Below, piece by piece: positions 18,813 through 27,876 of a stretch of 64,000 nucleotides of DNA. Source of the stretch: Candidatus Bathyarchaeota archaeon (GTDB taxonomy: Archaea > Thermoproteota > Bathyarchaeia > 40CM-2-53-6 > RBG-13-38-9); NCBI GenBank assembly GCA_963807605.1, contig CAWECG010000004.1, forward strand, positions 64,001 through 128,000, read 5' to 3'. Positions within the stretch are counted from its first letter, which is position 1, and each line of letters starts with the position of its first letter. A model generated the notes under the pieces. The model had not been told where the DNA came from and did not search any database. It was given only the letters and a program-made list of their open reading frames with translations. The translations under genes were made by a program, and so were the position numbers.

Positions 18813-18903
18813 TCTAGCTAGCCCGTCTTTATCCCAATCACGACCTTGTCATTAGGCAGGTCTCGCTTGTAGTCCCAGCCTTGCTCTATCTACAGTTTCA
18901 AAT

Positions 18904-19330
18904 GTGTATGCTCAACTACCAGTATTGCCATCAGGTACAACGGTGGCCAGCAACATCAATGACTACCTTATTGCTGTGACATTGGCTGTCTTTCTTGCTG
19001 CTAGCACAGATCTCCTTCAGAATTACTTCGTACTTCATGAGAGCTGGAAGACGTTTGCATTGGCCAGCTTCTTTACCGGATTGATCTTGCTCTTGATGTT
19101 CATAATGTGTTTTTTTTGGGCGCAGTATTGCAGAAATGCAGACGCTGAAAGATGTCGCAATGTTGCCCTCCCCACAGGTCGTTGACCAAGGACAAGTTGC
19201 GACGACTTTGGCTAATTTCAAAAAGGAGCTAGAAGATGCGATCGCCCTAAGTAAAGAAGATGCTGACAAAAATCTTCGACTACTGGAAAAGATCAAGAAA
19301 GCTCAGGTCAAGATTTCTGACAAACCTTAG
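18904..19330 (+). CDS. Hypothetical two-TM membrane protein, frameshift in a T8 run (~19110)
   Basis: ORFs 18904-19185 and 19136-19330 join if one T is removed. Confidence 0.5.
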
Positions 19331-19401
19331 CGCCCGCTAACCAAACATATATCGAATTTATTGTGAATACATAAGCAGTATATGGTTATGTGTCCGCCCT
19401 C

Positions 19402-19468
19402 GCTGGTGAAAACATCCAGATTTGAACCGTTAGGAATTGATTTTGTGTGTCACACCTTAGCTGGTGAG
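19402..19468 (+). repeat. Long intergenic motif copy plus a second core
   Basis: GCTGGTGAAAACATCCAGATTTGAACCGTTAG...TTGATTTTGTGTGT and TAGCTGGTGAG at 19458. Confidence 0.8.
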
Positions 19469-19553
19469 CAAACTCAGATTTCTATAGCCTATTCGCGGCT
19501 TCAATGCTTCAACAGTCGTCTCACAGCACAAGTGAAAAAAATCTTGACAATTG

Positions 19554-20003
19554 CTATAGTGAAGCAGCTATATCGGCTGCGATTTGTCTAAACGTTTCTT
19601 CCGCACCTTCTTCGAGCCGTGCCTCTTTCGAATTGAATACGGCTGAGGCATGTGGTCGGACAACATTCATTCCTAGTTTCTCTAGCCTTGCCTCTATCTT
19701 CTTTCCAGCACTGCCAGCGAATTTGCTCTTCAGTTTGGTGTCAAACGCGAATGCTTTCTTACCATGGAGATCTGTACCTTCCAGTTCTTTAAGGAGGATC
19801 TTCATAGGTTTGGACAGACCAAACGCGTGCGTCGGTCCACCTACCGCCAGTAAATCATACTCATTCAATCTACCGATCTGGACCTCTTTGACGTTAATGC
19901 AGTCGGCTTCGACCCCTTTCTTCGTCATTCCTTCTGCTAACGCCTTCGCTATCTTTTCTGTATTTCCGAATTTTGTATCGTAGATCACCATCGCTTTCGT
20001 CAT
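19554..20003 (-). CDS. Flavodoxin-like protein
   Basis: YDTKFGNTEKIA, VGGPTH, AFDT. Confidence 0.92.
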   Translation of the reverse strand: MTKAMVIYDTKFGNTEKIAKALAEGMTKKGVEADCINVKEVQIGRLNEYDLLAVGGPTHAFGLSKPMKILLKELEGTDLHGKKAFAFDTKLKSKFAGSAGKKIEARLEKLGMNVVRPHASAVFNSKEARLEEGAEETFRQIAADIAASL

Positions 20004-20086
20004 CTATGATTACCGTTGAAGAGTTCTGGCGGTGACACTATTTATGATTTGAATTTGGTCTGAAGCTGCGCTATGGGTTTTGATCT

Positions 20087-20151
20087 TAGCTGGTGGTGGC
20101 ACCCTTGGCGAGAGCGTCGTAATTTGAACTGTCAGATTTGATTCGTGTGTG
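20087..20151 (+). repeat. Long intergenic motif copy
   Basis: TAGCTGGTGG...TGGCGAGAGCGTCGTAATTTGAACTGTCAGATTTGATTCGTGTGT; 21/30 identical to 19404-19433. Confidence 0.7.
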
Positions 20152-20337
20152 AAGAGATGAAAAGTCTAGTTCTAGTGACATGTTGATTCTCTGTGGTTGG
20201 TAAGCCTTAAACCAACCCGTCACTCCACGGTACGAAAATCATAGTATGTAACTCACTCTAAATGTTTACTTGATATACAGTCACGCTTGCATCTTTGATA
20301 AGAAAGCTTTTGTGAAACAGAATATCAATAACACTAC

Positions 20338-21129
20338 ATGATTAAAATTGAGTCATACGAGGATGTAAGACAGATCACTGCTAGCGTTACGCTATTTGGT
20401 AAAGAAGTCTTTTCTACTAATTCTTATGTTGTAGCCAATCTTCTAATTGATACCGGTCCCGCTAAACTGTCTGAGAAATTTCTGAAAGTCTTGGAACCTT
20501 TTACCGTTAAAAAAGTAGTGAATACTCATGCCCATTCAGATCATATTGGATCAAATTATGCATTTCCCTTTGTTTTTGCACATCCTGAAGGCTTTGAAAG
20601 GTTGAAGAATCCTAAACTCGAAATGATAATAGAGAGATTCCTACTCGGTCTGCCTAAACCATGCAACCCTAGAGAGGTTCCGGCAAAGATTGCTGCGGAT
20701 AACTTCACATTGAACGTGTTACATACACCAGGGCATTCACCAGATCATATATCCTTGTATGAACCGGATCGGAGATGGGTTTTCACTGGAGATTTGTTGC
20801 TATGGAGTCGTACCCGAGAAGTCTTTAAGGACGTAAAGATATATGATGCAATCGAGTCTCTGCGCCGTTTATCTAAGTTGAAAATTGAAATACTATTTCC
20901 CGGACATGGGCCTCCTTTCAAAAATCCGAACGAAGCCTTGAGAATGCAGGTGGAAACTCTAGAAACATTTGAAACACAGATAAGAAAGGCTTATGAAAGG
21001 GGATTATATGCTGAGGAAATTCGGAATGAAATGTTTGGGAAAGAAAGAATGTTTACATATCTTTGTGGAGGGAAATTCTCTGCTTTAAATTTAGTGAATA
21101 GTTTCCTTAAGAATGGGGAAGGATGTTAG
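20338..21129 (+). CDS. Metallo-beta-lactamase fold hydrolase
   Basis: THAHSDHIG, TPGHSPDH, FTGD, PGHG. Confidence 0.92.
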   Translation: MIKIESYEDVRQITASVTLFGKEVFSTNSYVVANLLIDTGPAKLSEKFLKVLEPFTVKKVVNTHAHSDHIGSNYAFPFVFAHPEGFERLKNPKLEMIIERFLLGLPKPCNPREVPAKIAADNFTLNVLHTPGHSPDHISLYEPDRRWVFTGDLLLWSRTREVFKDVKIYDAIESLRRLSKLKIEILFPGHGPPFKNPNEALRMQVETLETFETQIRKAYERGLYAEEIRNEMFGKERMFTYLCGGKFSALNLVNSFLKNGEGC

Positions 21130-21303
21130 ACCCTTATTGATTTGGGGTTCCGTATGAGAACTATGTAAGATTCATTGTATGATGAGAACTAAGGTCTGGA
21201 AAGGAAATCTCACTTCAATCTAGAAATGTTCATGTGGATGTCCACGTCGAAGAACCCGTATCCACATGGACACCCCAAACAGCCAGTTATTCATATCCCC
21301 CTA

Positions 21304-21358
21304 TAGCTGGTGAGTGTGTGGGATAGCTGGTGAGAGCATTCAAGATTTGAACTATCAA
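21304..21358 (+). repeat. Tandem motif cores plus long copy
   Basis: TAGCTGGTGAG at 21304 and 21324; the second continues AGCATTCAAGATTTGAACTATCA. Confidence 0.82.
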
Positions 21359-21429
21359 TATATCATACGCATATTGAAAGGAGTGGTATTAAATACGGTA
21401 CGAATGAACAAGATAATAGTGCTATCAAT

Positions 21430-21675
21430 ATGCCTAGACGGAAGAGTTCAAGCATAATATCTGAAGTGCTAACCGCCGCTGAAAGCTTAAGGAACGGTCT
21501 AAACGCTGTCCCAGCTGAGGTTCAAGACAGAATTAGAGACTTGGCTCTAGTTATACTCAACAAACCTGTAAAGAGGCGGGGTCGCCCACCAGGAAAGCGA
21601 AGGGGAAGACCGAGAAAGAAGAGGGGAAGACCAAGGAAGAGGGCAAAAGCAGTAGAGTCGCCGCCACAAGCCTAA
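21430..21675 (+). CDS. Small basic AT-hook protein, copy 2
   Basis: Paralog of 16575-16826 with three RGRP motifs. Confidence 0.85.
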   Translation: MPRRKSSSIISEVLTAAESLRNGLNAVPAEVQDRIRDLALVILNKPVKRRGRPPGKRRGRPRKKRGRPRKRAKAVESPPQA

Positions 21676-22223
21676 TCGCGAAATATATTCCTTTTTGTTT
21701 CTGCAGCGATCTTTTCAACTATCGCAATTTCCGCCATTTCTCTCTCGTCCAACGGTCGTTTTTCTACCACAGCAATATTCTTGATACCTTCAACATAACC
21801 TTCTATGTAACCATCCATATTGTCCATGAACTCCTTCTCGGTCTTTGGAATCCTTCTTCTACCTCTAGTCGGAACAGTTCACTTGACCGCAATAATATAT
21901 GGCACAATTTCACTAGTCAATACGTCTCTTGCATCCCCATAGTTGCTTTTTTGATTGCAGCACTATCCTCAATTTCATTCTACGTAGTCTGTCCAGTGAC
22001 AACAATCAGACTCATTCATAGGAAGGCAATCCAGCTCCACCTCCCCACATGCGAAGACCTTCCCTCTTCACCTTCCCAATCAAACCTCTAGCGTCCCTCG
22101 GCCCCCTCTCGAAGAAAAGCTGCCCAGCTGAGAGAGTAGAAACGATCCTTGACCGTTCCAGGATCATTGAAAAAGGAACTGTGGATTGAACACGCAGAAC
22201 TCGCAGTAGACTAGAAAGCTGCA

Positions 22224-23172
22224 CTCCTAACTAACTGGAATTCAACGCGGCTGGTGATTGTAGCGTGCCCAAGCAACTCCACGATCGCTTCACGTCTTCT
22301 TGCTGAGTGCAAATGCAAAGAATGCCAAGTAGGCCAATCCTATTGCCAGATAGCCGTACGCTTCTGGCCATCGAACAACTGTTCCATGCTTGACGTATAC
22401 GTCCAGGAGGGCACCCATCGGTATGAATATCGGCCACTGATTCAAGACACTCCTCGTCGTTCTGAAGACAGCCGCGTAGACTATCCCTACAACAAACAGA
22501 GTCATGATATTCTCGGGTGTCGCCCATCCTGGATAGCCGATGTGATAGAGTGAGTACATCGCAGATGCGATCAATATGCCAGGTATGATTCCGAAGGCCC
22601 TGTTAAACCTCAGTTGAAGGAATCCTCGGAAGAAGACGGCTTCAAAGAATCCGCTCACAAGGACAAGCATCAACAATGGCGGGAGTATACCCAGATCCCC
22701 CAGCCTTGATACACCTGCGCCGATAAGCGGGGGCATCACGAACACTATTGTTGCCACCAGTCCAATAAGGATGCTAAGCTTCCATCTCTGCTTGGTTATT
22801 CCAATCTCTCGAAAGGCTTCTCTCCTCAAGAATCTGATGTAACCTACCGGGATGAGAACCCCAGCAAAGAATAGGAGACCAACATCGTAGAATATGATGG
22901 CATCAATCATTGACGCTCGGGCGAAAGCAAGATAATTGAAAAGGACGACGAGAGCCCACGCCCCAATCGCGACTAGCAAACTCTTGTCAGGCGAATATCT
23001 GACCGCCAGAACCTGCTTGCATTTCATGCTTCGTTGGTCGATTTGAGGCTGGTGAAAAGGTTTACGATAGGATCGATCCTTCGTGAACTCTAAAAAGCAA
23101 AGCGTCGTCGATTGTTCATAGGTGGCTCGTCGAGAAGTCACAACGGTCCAGACTCGCCTTGCAAAAGACGGA
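22224..23172. repeat. 949-bp direct repeat copy 2 (CPBP module)
   Basis: Colinear with 4478-5426. Confidence 0.95.
22290..23027 (-). CDS. CPBP family intramembrane metalloprotease, copy 2
   Basis: Near-identical to 4544-5281. Confidence 0.85.
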   Translation of the reverse strand: MKCKQVLAVRYSPDKSLLVAIGAWALVVLFNYLAFARASMIDAIIFYDVGLLFFAGVLIPVGYIRFLRREAFREIGITKQRWKLSILIGLVATIVFVMPPLIGAGVSRLGDLGILPPLLMLVLVSGFFEAVFFRGFLQLRFNRAFGIIPGILIASAMYSLYHIGYPGWATPENIMTLFVVGIVYAAVFRTTRSVLNQWPIFIPMGALLDVYVKHGTVVRWPEAYGYLAIGLAYLAFFAFALSKKT

Positions 23173-23218
23173 CAGACTTCCACGATCCCCACCAAAGAGC
23201 CAAATTACCTATATCCCC

Positions 23219-23228
23219 CTCACCAGCT
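23219..23228 (-). repeat. Intergenic motif copy
   Basis: CTCACCAGCT. Confidence 0.7.
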
Positions 23229-23369
23229 TGGGCGCACACACAACGATGTACGAATAAGGGCCTGGAGCGATGGATAAGGAATCTCCCAGCGGCCTCCCCA
23301 TCTGTCTCAAGTTGCGGTGAAATGTTATTAGCCACCCGTAAGAGTGGTGTTGGGGGTCGGTTTTCGGCA

Positions 23370-23950
23370 ATGTCCGAGAAGTCCAGAATTAGGACCTTCT
23401 CAGATTATGTGTTCGGACTTGTAGTGGTCTTCAGCAGCTTCTCACTGACTAACAGCGTCATTCAGGCGCCAGTCGATCTTGTCAGTAGTATAGCGTTGTT
23501 TACTTTGAGTTTTGCGATCTTGATCACAGTGTGGCTCATATATGACGGCCTGATGGCCAAACTTCGTGTGGAAACCAGCACGGCCCTGGCTCTAAACATC
23601 ATATTATTGTTTCTCGCGGTGTTGGAGCCTTTCCTGTTGAACATCGTTTTTTGAACCCTAGGGTCTCCGATTTCGCGTCTACTTGCTATGCCATTGATAT
23701 GGGTGGTCTGCTTGGAATATGTGCTCTGCTAGCTCATATGCTTGCAATAGACAGCCGCAACGCGCTTTCGGTGGAGGTGTCAAAGACTCTCAGGTCCGAG
23801 AGGAATCTGTTCGCGATTGTTGCTGCGATTTTCGTTGTGTCGACCGCGCCTTTGCTAGTGACCTTCACGTTTTTGGGTTGGACATTGCGAGCATGGCTAT
23901 GGGTGGCGATGTTGTTCGTGTACCCCATCAGAAGAGCGACTTCACGATAA
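23370..23950 (+). CDS. TMEM175-family potassium channel-like protein, frameshift in a T6 run (~23650)
   Basis: SRIRTFSDYVFG, SFAILITVW, LNIILLF..LEPF. Confidence 0.75.
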
Positions 23951-24084
23951 CTAGCGCGTGATAGCGCGCCCGAGGTTTGCGGTTGTTCAGGCCTCCTCGT
24001 GGCGTGACGGTCTCTGTTAAATGGTATCGGAATAACTAACAAGTGTTTTATACCTGTTACAAGGAGAGCTTGTTGGTAATTCTG

Positions 24085-25203
24085 ATGTCTATTACGGGTA
24101 AGCTTCCACTAACCCTACTATTGATGATGGTGATTGTCTCAGCAGGCTCCCTCATCCAGTTGCAGCCTGCCTCCGCAACCTTTCCAGGAGCTAACGGCAA
24201 GATAGTATTCTCAAGAATCATCGGAACCCTTCCAACTTTAACCACTCCAACTATTTTCGCTCCAACCCCTCCAACTATACCCTATCAACTTGAGATCTTC
24301 ACTGTGAACCCTGACGGCTCAGGCTTAACTCAGCTTACCTCGACCGGGCCAGGCATGGCTAATTCATACCCACGTTGGTCTGCGGACGGTACAAAAATAG
24401 TATTCTCAAGCTTCAGGACTGGCGTATCCGCGATCTGGGTGATGAATGCTAACGGATCAGGACAGAATCAAATAACCCATCCACCACCTTCTACACGTAA
24501 CTATGAACCGGCCTTTTCTCCAGACGGATCAAAGATTGTATTCACAAACGCATCATCAACTACTACTAACATTTGGGTGACTAATGTTGACGGCTCAAAC
24601 CAGAAGCAACTGACTATAGGATCTGAGACAGACACTTTTCCTGTCTGGTCTCCTGACGGGTCGAAGATAGCATTTATGAGATATCCGGTATCCGGCAACG
24701 AACACATCTTTGTAATGAATCCTGACGGCTCAGGCCAGACCGACATAAGCAAGGATCCTACTGCACAAGACTACTACCCTGAATGGTCCCCCAACGGAGG
24801 GATGATTGCATTCAGTAGCTTCCCCAGTCTTGCGATATGGGTGATGAATGCTGACGGATCAGGCAGAAAGCAACTGAGCACTCCTCCTAATGGAGTGTCA
24901 GATTTCTATCCCGCTTGGTCTCCTGACGGAACAAAGATCGCATTCGCCAGAGGCGAACTCGCTAGCATAATTGTGATGAATGCAGACGGCTCAAACCCGA
25001 CTGATATAACCCAATCACAGCCAAACTCAACCACAGACACTACTCCAAATTGGCAGCCTCTGTTCCTGCCTCCGCCCGCAAGACCTGTAGGCGGTGTAAC
25101 CCTACCAACCAACAAGCTTGAGATCCTAACACCCTCCCTAACCTTAGCAGGACTAGCCGCTGCAGTATCCGCAGTTGTAGTAGTTAAGAGAAGAAGAGAC
25201 TAA
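24085..25203 (+). CDS. Secreted TolB-like (PD40) beta-propeller with PVGG C-terminal membrane anchor
   Basis: Signal peptide ending PASA/TFPG; repeated P.WSPDG.KI.F; PVGG..PTNKL + TM + KRRRD. Confidence 0.9.
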   Translation: MSITGKLPLTLLLMMVIVSAGSLIQLQPASATFPGANGKIVFSRIIGTLPTLTTPTIFAPTPPTIPYQLEIFTVNPDGSGLTQLTSTGPGMANSYPRWSADGTKIVFSSFRTGVSAIWVMNANGSGQNQITHPPPSTRNYEPAFSPDGSKIVFTNASSTTTNIWVTNVDGSNQKQLTIGSETDTFPVWSPDGSKIAFMRYPVSGNEHIFVMNPDGSGQTDISKDPTAQDYYPEWSPNGGMIAFSSFPSLAIWVMNADGSGRKQLSTPPNGVSDFYPAWSPDGTKIAFARGELASIIVMNADGSNPTDITQSQPNSTTDTTPNWQPLFLPPPARPVGGVTLPTNKLEILTPSLTLAGLAAAVSAVVVVKRRRD

Positions 25204-25457
25204 CCAAAACATCCTTTATCTTTTTTCGTAACTTCCTAGGATACTTTCTTTTTTGAGGCTGTCCTTCTTGCCTATCCTCCTGTGTCGTTATGCCCCTACA
25301 TATGTAGAGACAGAATAGGTTCGGTTCAACTATAATCGAACCAGATCTCACCACGACGTGCCAGTAACAAAGAATTTAAGATGGAAAATCGTATTATTTA
25401 GAAACGTTGAGTCTGGAATGACTTTTTCCATGAAAAAAGGGCAGGATTTGAACCCTA

Positions 25458-25486
25458 ATGGGTTCAAATACCACCGGGTCCACCAC
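25458..25486 (+). repeat. attR (duplicated tRNA-Ile2 3' end)
   Basis: ATGGGTTCAAATACCACCGGGTCCACCAC, 27/29 identical to 1862-1890. Confidence 0.88.
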
Positions 25487-25627
25487 GTAACCCGCACACA
25501 GATCATCGCAGCTAGCGAGCGCTAGAAGCGACTGTCATTCATTCTTTTTGTCATGTGAGCACGAGAAAAACATCATTTATATCTTGGGATTTCATCGCTC
25601 TTATCCCAATATGTCGAGGTAAGATCT

Positions 25628-25822
25628 TTGCCTTCGGAAATCTCTGATGAAGAGTCTTTCATCAAACTCTCAGAGTCCGCTCTGGAATGTCGTGTTAGAA
25701 GGGCAGGGGACTCTGTTAAACTGAAGCTTCGTACCCCTAGAAAACTCTATACTATGAAGGTGGCCAGTTCAAAGGCCGAGGATATCATTAAGAGACTTGT
25801 CTGCGAGGTCGTAGAAGTCTAA
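25628..25822 (+). CDS. rpl38e: 50S ribosomal protein eL38
   Basis: MPSEI.D...F, VKLKLRTPRKLYT. Confidence 0.85.
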   Translation: MPSEISDEESFIKLSESALECRVRRAGDSVKLKLRTPRKLYTMKVASSKAEDIIKRLVCEVVEV

Positions 25823-25829
25823 GCGAGCC

Positions 25830-26118
25830 CTAGCCTCCATGAGCAGTTGGGATAAGCGTCAAGATATCTCCGTCTGAAAGAGAGGTCTCAAGCCCCTCCA
25901 AGAGACCTATTTCAACATCATTGACCAGAATTACCATACTAGGCCTAGGATTCGAAGGAGTTCTCATCGCCAATAATTGATTTCAGCTTAGTGAACTCAG
26001 ATACGAGTGTTTCGATTACGTTCCTGACTTTCCCCCATCCCTCAGTTTCCACTTCGATCTGCTCTCTGCCTGAGGCCCACCTGAAGGCCCCGACAAACTT
26101 TACCCTGATCTTGCCCAA
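25830..26118 (-). CDS. MoaD/ThiS/SAMP ubiquitin-like protein (+1 indel near 25960; absent from ORF track)
   Basis: LGKIRVKFVGAFR... / ...ILVNDVEIGLLEGLETSLSDGDILTLIPTAHGG* with C-terminal GG. Confidence 0.85.
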
Positions 26119-26128
26119 GACCCCTCAT

Positions 26129-26509
26129 CTACTGTAGAGTCTCGACAACTGACTCAGCTGCATTGACAATTATCCTCGTGGTCTCAACCACAGTCTCCTT
26201 CTTCGGAGGATGCTCTTGCTCAGAGAGGCTTTGTGCGACTTCTCGCATTTTAATGAGAATCCTTGCAGAAGCTTCCTCTAGGCTTAACCCTCTTAGACTC
26301 TGCTCATCTGCAATGATCTCAGGATACTCTGGTTGACTAAGAGCATACTTGACAGCCAACCGTGCTTTCCTGATGGCAATAAGCGCCAGCTCCATTACTG
26401 TCTCGGGGTTGTTGAGTTCTTGTGCTAAAGAAAGATCGACTATGGCTTCTCTAATGTACCTCAACGCCCATACTCTATCCGATTCAGGGCAGAAGCTAAG
26501 AAGTTTCAT
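26129..26509 (-). CDS. Hypothetical helical protein
   Basis: 126-aa ORF apparently in operon with the SAMP gene. Confidence 0.65.
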   Translation of the reverse strand: MKLLSFCPESDRVWALRYIREAIVDLSLAQELNNPETVMELALIAIRKARLAVKYALSQPEYPEIIADEQSLRGLSLEEASARILIKMREVAQSLSEQEHPPKKETVVETTRIIVNAAESVVETLQ

Positions 26510-26708
26510 AACTTTCTCACAAAGTGGAATCGGGCCAACTTTCTGATAGTACTATCTGTTATAGGTATCCGTTTTTGGAAAAAAGAAGGTTATCACAGAA
26601 TCTCAGATGGCGAGCTGGCTTAAAATGGGATAATTGGAGGCCCGGCCAACCTCGTGGCTCACCAATATGAGCCTCCTATCTACTCAAGATTGGGGAATGA
26701 ATTATCTC

Positions 26709-26993
26709 TCAACTGGATTTTGTGAGAGTTATCTCGATTGTAGAGACGGACCTAGTTCCGCCCTCTTCCATGGGTATGTCTTCTGTCCCGACGTTTACTT
26801 TCTCGATCTTAAGGTTTTCCATGAATCTACGTCTAGTTATCTCGGCGACATCAACAGCGGTTGATATGGCCTGCCCTCTGGCCTTGAGGGTGACTTCCTT
26901 CGTCTCTCCCCCGCCGAAGAGGGTTATCACAGCCAGCACATAGTTCATGGTCGGCTTTCGTCCTATGAATACTGTATTCGGTTCCCTTGACAT
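26709..26993 (-). CDS. albA: Chromatin protein Alba
   Basis: VFIGRKPTMNYVLA, LKARGQAISTAVDVAE, VSTIEI. Confidence 0.97.
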   Translation of the reverse strand: MSREPNTVFIGRKPTMNYVLAVITLFGGGETKEVTLKARGQAISTAVDVAEITRRRFMENLKIEKVNVGTEDIPMEEGGTRSVSTIEITLTKSS

Positions 26994-27074
26994 TGTATTG
27001 TATTCCTCCTCCAATGAGTTTCTAGTGAAAGGTTATGTCGTATCATCGATATTTAAACGCTTTTCAGAGCGTAT

Positions 27075-27326
27075 TCAGCGACTTCTCTCTTCTTCAGGAG
27101 GTGCGACCGCCGCAGGAGCCATCATGTGTTCTTTTCTATGCTCTTCAACGCGCTTCAGTCCCGTCAAGTATCCGGCGATTCTGTTGCGCATCTTATTCGT
27201 ACTCGTCTCGACATACTGATCTACCAACTGCTTGTTGGCGTCAAAGTCCGTGGTGACTTTGTCTCCATGTGCCTGTATGATCTCGTCCGCCGTCTTCTTG
27301 ATGATGTACGCCCTTACCTTCCCCAA
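27075..27326 (-). CDS. rps17e: 30S ribosomal protein eS17
   Basis: MGKVR..IIKK, TTDFDANK, KMRNRIAGYLT. Confidence 0.96.
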   Translation of the reverse strand: MGKVRAYIIKKTADEIIQAHGDKVTTDFDANKQLVDQYVETSTNKMRNRIAGYLTGLKRVEEHRKEHMMAPAAVAPPEEERSR

Positions 27327-27490
27327 TCGTTGTCATCTCATTCTTGATCTGTCTAGGCGAGAAGGATTCCAAACAACACTAAAAATGTTTGGGTACGTTT
27401 CCAATTGTCAGAATTTTTAACCTCCTTCACTTTCTGGAGGTCTCTCAACGTGTTATTCACACTCTCCAGACAACTTTGAGGCTGTTGCCG

Positions 27491-27506
27491 GAAAAATCCT
27501 TAAATA
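27491..27506 (+). promoter_or_regulatory. BRE/TATA promoter of the histone gene
   Basis: GAAAAATCCTTAAATA ~35 nt before ATG 27540. Confidence 0.6.
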
Positions 27507-27539
27507 TCAAGCAATTTTTTGGAAATAACAGGGAACTCT

Positions 27540-27755
27540 ATGACTGATAATGAACTCTCAACAGCTGCCATACACCGGCTCATCGAGAAAGCAGGAGCTG
27601 CAAGAGTCGGCGACGGTGCCGTGGAAGTATTGAGAGAAGTACTTGAAAACATGGCCGTTCAGATAAGCAAGGATGCAATCGATTTTGCATCTCATGCAGG
27701 CAGAAGAACTGTGAGAGCTGAAGACATCAAACTTGCAGCAAAGAAATTCGCATAA
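27540..27755 (+). CDS. Archaeal histone
   Basis: [19 protein letters not shown]...[17 protein letters not shown] histone fold. Confidence 0.96.
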   Translation: MTDNELSTAAIHRLIEKAGAARVGDGAVEVLREVLENMAVQISKDAIDFASHAGRRTVRAEDIKLAAKKFA

Positions 27756-27876
27756 GAAGAGCCCCACAAACATGAAGTTTTCCAGTACACTGAGGATCAA
27801 GATCCTCTGAGCGACGTTCAAGCCAGAGATATCAGCACGCAAACGTATTTAACGCCAAGCTATTGTTGAGTAGTGT

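Larger units (their letters stand above)
1862..25486. mobile_element. tRNA-Ile2-integrated genomic island (~23.6 kb)
   Basis: Integrase directly after the tRNA; tRNA 3' end repeated at 25458-25486; mosaic accessory cargo; core ribosomal genes resume at 25628. Confidence 0.9.

Noticed and set aside
19400-21360. CRISPR array
   Set aside because: The repeats are degenerate and separated by whole genes rather than 30-45 nt spacers; no cas genes are present.
24300-25060. Internal DNA repeats (CCTGACGG, GTGATGAATGC)
   Set aside because: Explained by PD40 propeller blades.
1862-25486. Intact provirus or conjugative element
   Set aside because: No capsid, terminase, replication initiator, relaxase or VirB4 recognised.
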